A stretch of DNA of 64,000 bases. Origin: the human T2T-CHM13v2.0 reference genome, Homo sapiens. Location: assembly GCF_009914755.1 (NCBI RefSeq), contig NC_060935.1; one strand, 5' to 3'. How positions within the stretch are numbered: the first letter of the stretch is position 1; every line of letters begins with the position of its first letter. The position numbers and the translations under genes were made by a program. The notes below the pieces were generated by a model. It was not told the DNA's origin and did not search any database. It worked only from the letters and a program-made list of their open reading frames with translations. Shown piece after piece: positions 55,046 through 64,000 of the stretch.

Positions 55046-55866
55046 ATATTATTATCTCTCTTCTTTTAAGATGATAAAAGAAGTTAAATGATTTGCCTAA
55101 AGCCACACTGCTAGTAAGTGGTAAAGCTGGAATTCAGGCCCAGATGTTTGTTTGTTTGTTTGTTTGCTTTCTTGCTTCTCACAAGAAACATTGTTTCCAA
55201 AGCCCATATGCTTTTCATTCAATTACGCTCCAAATTGGAAAAGGAAAAATCAAACTGGATAGGCCTTAGACACAGAAACAGAAAAGCTATCTCTTCTCTT
55301 CCCCCTCCAGCTCTCCTGCCCTTAACCCAACCCCCAGCCTACCCAATCCTGTGCAGAGCTGTAGTCATTCCTTTCTAGTCCCATTATCCCAACCCAGACT
55401 TGGAGATACCTTTCATTATTTATCTTGATTTGATAATCCAATTACTGCCTTGCTTTGCACCACTTTTGCCCATTATCCCTTCTTCCCAGAATCTCCTTTC
55501 TATTGTCCAAGGTTAAGATTAAACCCATTCTTTCTAATACCTCTACCTATTTTCTATTTTCCTAGTTTGAAAAGACTTGACACTGTAGTTAAGATTCCTC
55601 AAATAATTTCCTTAAACTTTTGATTCACGCAAACATCCATATAGAAAACTATACATATCAAAAGTATATACCTCAAATCATTTTCACAAACTCAACACAC
55701 CATGCAACCAGCACCAAGATCAAGAATATTACCTTCATCTCAAAAGCCTCCTCATACTCCCTTCCAGTTTCTACCCTCCCAAGGGTAACCACTAATCCAG
55801 CTAAGTCATTCAACCCTAATATTGGCAGGTCCATTGGGTTGGGCTGGGTACTCTAAACAGTGTGGT

Positions 55867-56467
55867 TGATATAGGAGTTAAGAAGAAATCACTTAGGCAG
55901 ATAGTAAGGGTATAGAAGTCCATGGTAAGGCTTTTCTTTTTCATGAAAAGCAGCCCCAAATCATTTTCTAACAAAGACCAGCCTGTAAAGTTGAGCTTCA
56001 GACATAGACAAGCAAGCTGGGAGCTTGCACGGGTGAATGTGGGCAGGAACTAGGGACTAGACATGTTCAAGATGGCGACTCCATCATCCCTTCTCTGCCA
56101 GCCACATGTACAGTAAGGAGCAGACAAGATGGTGCCAGCCAAGGAGAGTTCATTTGCATCATAAGATTAGGGTGGGGATACCAGCCTTCCCCCCTGGGCT
56201 ATGTAAATGTCACACCTGATCGAAACAATCTGTGAGCCCTACATAAATCAGACACCGCCTCCTCAAGCTGGACTATAAAGTCCAGCGCATCTGCCACCAT
56301 GATCACTAGGAGACCCCTCTCTCTATATATAAAGAGAACTGTTTCTCTTTCTCTTCTGCCTATTAAACCTCCGCTCCTAAACTCTTCGTGTGTGTTAGTG
56401 TCCTAAATTTTCCTGGTGCCAGACTACCAACCCCAGGGTATATAGCCCAGACAATGTAGCCACCTCA
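55867..56467 (+). mobile_element. ERV1 solo LTR, MER61/LTR20 group
   Basis: TGATATAGGAGTTAAGAAGAAATCACTTAGGCAGATAG...GTAGCCACCTCA; near-TSD TGGT/TTGT; TATA-like CTATAAAG and polyA-like ATTAAA. Confidence 0.7.
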
Positions 56468-56660
56468 TTGTCATCTGCTCCATTTGGCATAGGGATAAGT
56501 ATCAAGACTCTTCCCTAGCTAATTATCTTGACTTACTTCCCACTCCTGTGGAGCACTGACAAGAGGCCTGAGTTCTGATCCCACAGCAACCACCTAATAA
56601 TCCTGGAAAAATCTATTTCTCTCTGAGCCGCAACAATCCAGTCTCTAAAATATGGACAAT

Positions 56661-58887
<2,227 letters not shown>

Positions 58888-59714
58888 TGCTACCCTATTT
58901 TAAACCACCACTATCTTTCACTTAAAAATCTCAGAATGTAAGTTACATGTGAACAGGCTCGGTTTATTATTGCTCATAGCTGCAGCCCCAGCACCTCAAC
59001 ACTCAGAATAGTATCTGGCCTTTCTCAGGATTTTGCTATGCTTTGAATGAATGCATGTCGCGACAAGCCTTTGAAGTAGGTACTGTTATTATTCCCATTT
59101 TATAGATAAGGAAATAGGCTCCTAGTGGCTAAAGAATTACCTAAGTTTACACAACAAACAGCAAAACCAGGATTCAAACCCAGTAAGTCTGACTCTAGAG
59201 CCCACTCTCTTACGCACTACACCTGCGATACTGAACTGCACCGGCTTATGCTGAAGTCAATTATTAAAGATTTTTGCGGGGGTGATACTAGGAGAAATTT
59301 GAGTTGAAATTCCCCAACCTGATAACTTTTCTCCAAGTTTTCCTGAGAACACAGCTCAAGCGCCTCTTCACAGTCTCCTAGGCACAACGATTTGGTTTCT
59401 CCCAAGTCTCTCTCATCCGCCTCTTCTCCTAACAATCCAGAGATAATGAACTCTTTTCCAGCAAATTCTCCTGCTTCTATCCGAACACTCAGCCTCTCCT
59501 CAACCCCTCTGGAAAAACCTTCCCTAATTTCTCAACTCTGAGGGATTATAACAGGCAGTACTTTTCCCCAGTTGGCAGCACTACTAAAATTACTTGTTTT
59601 CAATAGTCTCCCCTTTATCCTGGCTTTCCCGGGTTTCATCACGCGCAGCCAACCTCGGTAGGGAAATATTATACCCAATGACATCTGTTGAGAGACCATA
59701 TTCACTAATGTTTA

Positions 59715-59830
59715 TTACAGTATAATAATAATTGTTCTATTTTATCGTTAGTTATTTTTGTTAATCTCTTACTGTGCCTAATTTATAAATTAAACTTTAT
59801 CATAGGTACGTAGGTATAGGAAAAAACCAG
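59715..59830. mobile_element. TcMar-Tigger DNA transposon fragment abutting the promoter
   Basis: TTGTTAATCTCTTACTGTGCCTAATTTATAAATTAAACTTTATCATAGGTA is a sequence I recognise from Tigger/MER2-group elements. Confidence 0.6.
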
Positions 59831-59938
59831 CCAGGAGGCCCCGCACTTCGGTGTTTTCTACTAGCTCTGCCTACCTCCGTCTGCGCCGTCTCCCTGACTA
59901 GTTTGACCCTTCGAGGGCCGCCGTAGTGCGTCGCCTCC

Positions 59939-59952
59939 GTTGCCGGGGAAAC
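59939..59952. promoter_or_regulatory. RFX X-box-like motif GTTGCCGGGGAAAC
   Basis: Matches the GTTRCC-N2-GGHAAC X-box architecture about 100 bp upstream of the ATG. Confidence 0.55.
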
Positions 59953-59981
59953 GACCCGGGACCTGGGAGGGAGCAAAGACG

Positions 59982-59998
59982 TTTCCCGCCGGCGGGAG
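59982..59998. promoter_or_regulatory. Paired inverted E2F sites (TTTCCCGCC / GGCGGGAG)
   Basis: TTTCCCGC matches the E2F consensus TTTSSCGC; palindrome TCCCGCCGGCGGGA at 59984-59997; expected for an S-phase gene. Confidence 0.7.
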
Positions 59999-60051
59999 CT
60001 GTGGCTGTGATTGAGAGAGGGGTTAGAGGCGGGTCCCAGCGCTGCCGCACC

Positions 60052-60111
60052 ATGGCGGACCAGCTTTATCTGGAAAATATAGACGAGTTCGTCACGGACC
60101 AAAACAAGATC
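60052..60111 (+). CDS. POLD3: DNA polymerase delta subunit 3 (p66), coding part of exon 1
   Basis: Kozak context gcaccATGG; translates MADQLYLENIDEFVTDQNKI, the POLD3 N-terminus; followed by donor GTGAGC at 60112 (phase 0); lies in a CpG island. Confidence 0.97.
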
Positions 60112-61453
60112 GTGAGCAGCTACTACTGGGGAACGCGGGCGTGCGACCGGGGTCCTGGGCCCGGCTAGGGCGGCGGGAGCCTTGACCCCCTGTCTGCTTG
60201 TGGCTTCGTGGGGACCAGGGGAGACAGGTCCCCACGAGGGGACCTGGGCGAGCTCTGTGCCCCAGAGCGAGCGAGGACTCGTCGGGAAGGTCCTCCAGCA
60301 CACACGGAAGTCCGCGTCCCTTGGGTGGGCGTGCTGGGAACAGAGCCTGGGGCTGGAGCCGCGGAGACCGGGCGCGGAGGGAGGGCCGTTGGCTGAGAGT
60401 TCTAAGGCGTCCCTACACCTTTCTTTTAAGGTGGTTGGCGTTTAAAGTTTTAAGTTTACAGTTGAGGAAATCGTGTCTTAACTGTGTTAAGTTACAAGTT
60501 GCGTAACCTCCAGATACTGTTTCCTCTTCCTGGAAATTTAAGCATTGATAGAGGTTTGATCCGCTTCACACGGGTGAGGAAAAGATCGAGCGAATTGATG
60601 GATGTGAGTGCACTTTGCAAACCGTGATGATTGAGTGCCTGCTGTGTGCCAAGGCACTTTAATCTTTACAGTGACCTCCCCGCACCCCATCCCAGGTCGG
60701 TGGTGGTATCCCGAGATGAGGAAATTGAAGCTGAGGGGCCAAATAACTTGTTTATTTGCGTTTGGTAAGGGATAGGCAGTTTTTCAACCTAGGTCTGTCC
60801 TCTTACTAATGCTTTCTTCTACATCACACTGCCTTTGCCTAACCTGTGCAAGTCTTCTAACTATTGGAAGCTTGACATTTGGAATTGGAAGAGACTTTGA
60901 GAGAAGAGAGTGCAGGCATCCTGGGTCTAGGAGGGATGAAGGCTTGATGCTGGTAGTTCCCAATCTAATCTCTTATAAAAATATTTACCCACTTTTTTCG
61001 TTTCCTGACCCCTGCACCACCTGTGCCCTTTAATGTTTGCATGGGTGCAACTTTCTTTAGAAGTTTCTGAGACATCACACTTCAAAGTCATCTAGCTTCT
61101 GAATGAGTTTTAGGATGGCTTTGGCTGGTGGCCCCCAAAAAAAACATCATGAGGAAAGGGCCTGAGTAAAACAAGGAATGTGAGGAAAATGAGAGTTTTT
61201 TCTGTTAGGTATGTTCAGCTTGTCTTTTTAGATTACTTTTCATTAGTTCATGAAACAAACTTCTTAGCATTTTTAAGATAAATAGGTCCTGCCTACCCAG
61301 ATAGATAGTTCTTGGGAAAACTGCAGTGGCATTTATTGTAATTTGTAAGGCATAATCATCTAAGAATAGGAATCTTTAGCAACAGACCTTCGGGACTGAT
61401 GTGCACTCTGGAGTCATCTAATAAAACATTTGAAAAATTTTTTCTTGTTACAG

Positions 61454-61509
61454 GTGACATACAAATGGCTGAGCTATACACTAGGGGTTCATGTTAACCA
61501 GGCCAAACA
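61454..61509 (+). CDS. POLD3: POLD3 coding exon 2 (56 nt); the gene continues beyond the window
   Basis: Acceptor ttttttcttgttacAG; reads VTYKWLSYTLGVHVNQAK(Q) in frame with exon 1; donor GTAAGT at 61510. Confidence 0.96.
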
Positions 61510-61599
61510 GTAAGTCCAATTTACTACCAATTTTAATCATATTGGAATTTTTTTTTGTTTTGTTATGCTTTGCTTTTAACTCTACAGATAGCCTACATA

Positions 61600-64000
<2,401 letters not shown>

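Larger units (their letters stand above)
59830..60420 (+). promoter_or_regulatory. POLD3: POLD3 CpG-island promoter / 5' UTR / start of intron 1
   Basis: The only strongly CpG- and GC-rich non-repeat segment in the window; surrounds the ATG; no obvious TATA box. Confidence 0.9.

Noticed and set aside
59926-60168. 80-aa ORF suggesting an N-terminally extended POLD3
   Set aside because: The upstream start is GTG; the true start is the Kozak ATG at 60052, and the ORF tail is intron read-through past the donor at 60112.
59800-60303. 167-aa antisense ORF over POLD3 exon 1
   Set aside because: It reflects stop-codon scarcity in a GC-rich CpG island; no homology is evident and it has no ATG start.

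Overview
Primate (very likely human) euchromatic DNA, not microbial: about 59.8 kb of repeat-dense intergenic sequence followed by the CpG-island promoter and first two coding exons of POLD3 (+ strand, ATG at 60052). Most entries in the ORF track are Alu, LTR or microsatellite artefacts. The largest element is a 4.1 kb internally deleted HERV-S (HERVL18/LTR18) provirus at 7784-11909. It has an exact CTTTA target-site duplication (TSD), a tRNA-Ser primer-binding site and recognisable but dead gag-pro-RT-RNaseH-IN-env remnants. The rest is solo LTRs (LTR2B, LTR7, MER41, MER61-like, ERVL, MaLR), old L1/L2/MIR/DNA-transposon fragments and many Alus. I see no convincing new protein-coding system. 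The most unusual unexplained features are: a 37-bp-arm perfect palindrome inside a patchwork of templated repeats (34.2 kb); a probable Alu-mRNA chimeric retrocopy (34.85-35.24 kb); a polyadenylated MER41 retrocopy (30.0 kb); a recent non-tandem local duplication (36.4/37.3 kb); and a 120-bp Alu-Alu gene-conversion tract (52.3/57.0 kb). Repeat family names come from memory of consensus sequences and need RepeatMasker/Dfam confirmation.
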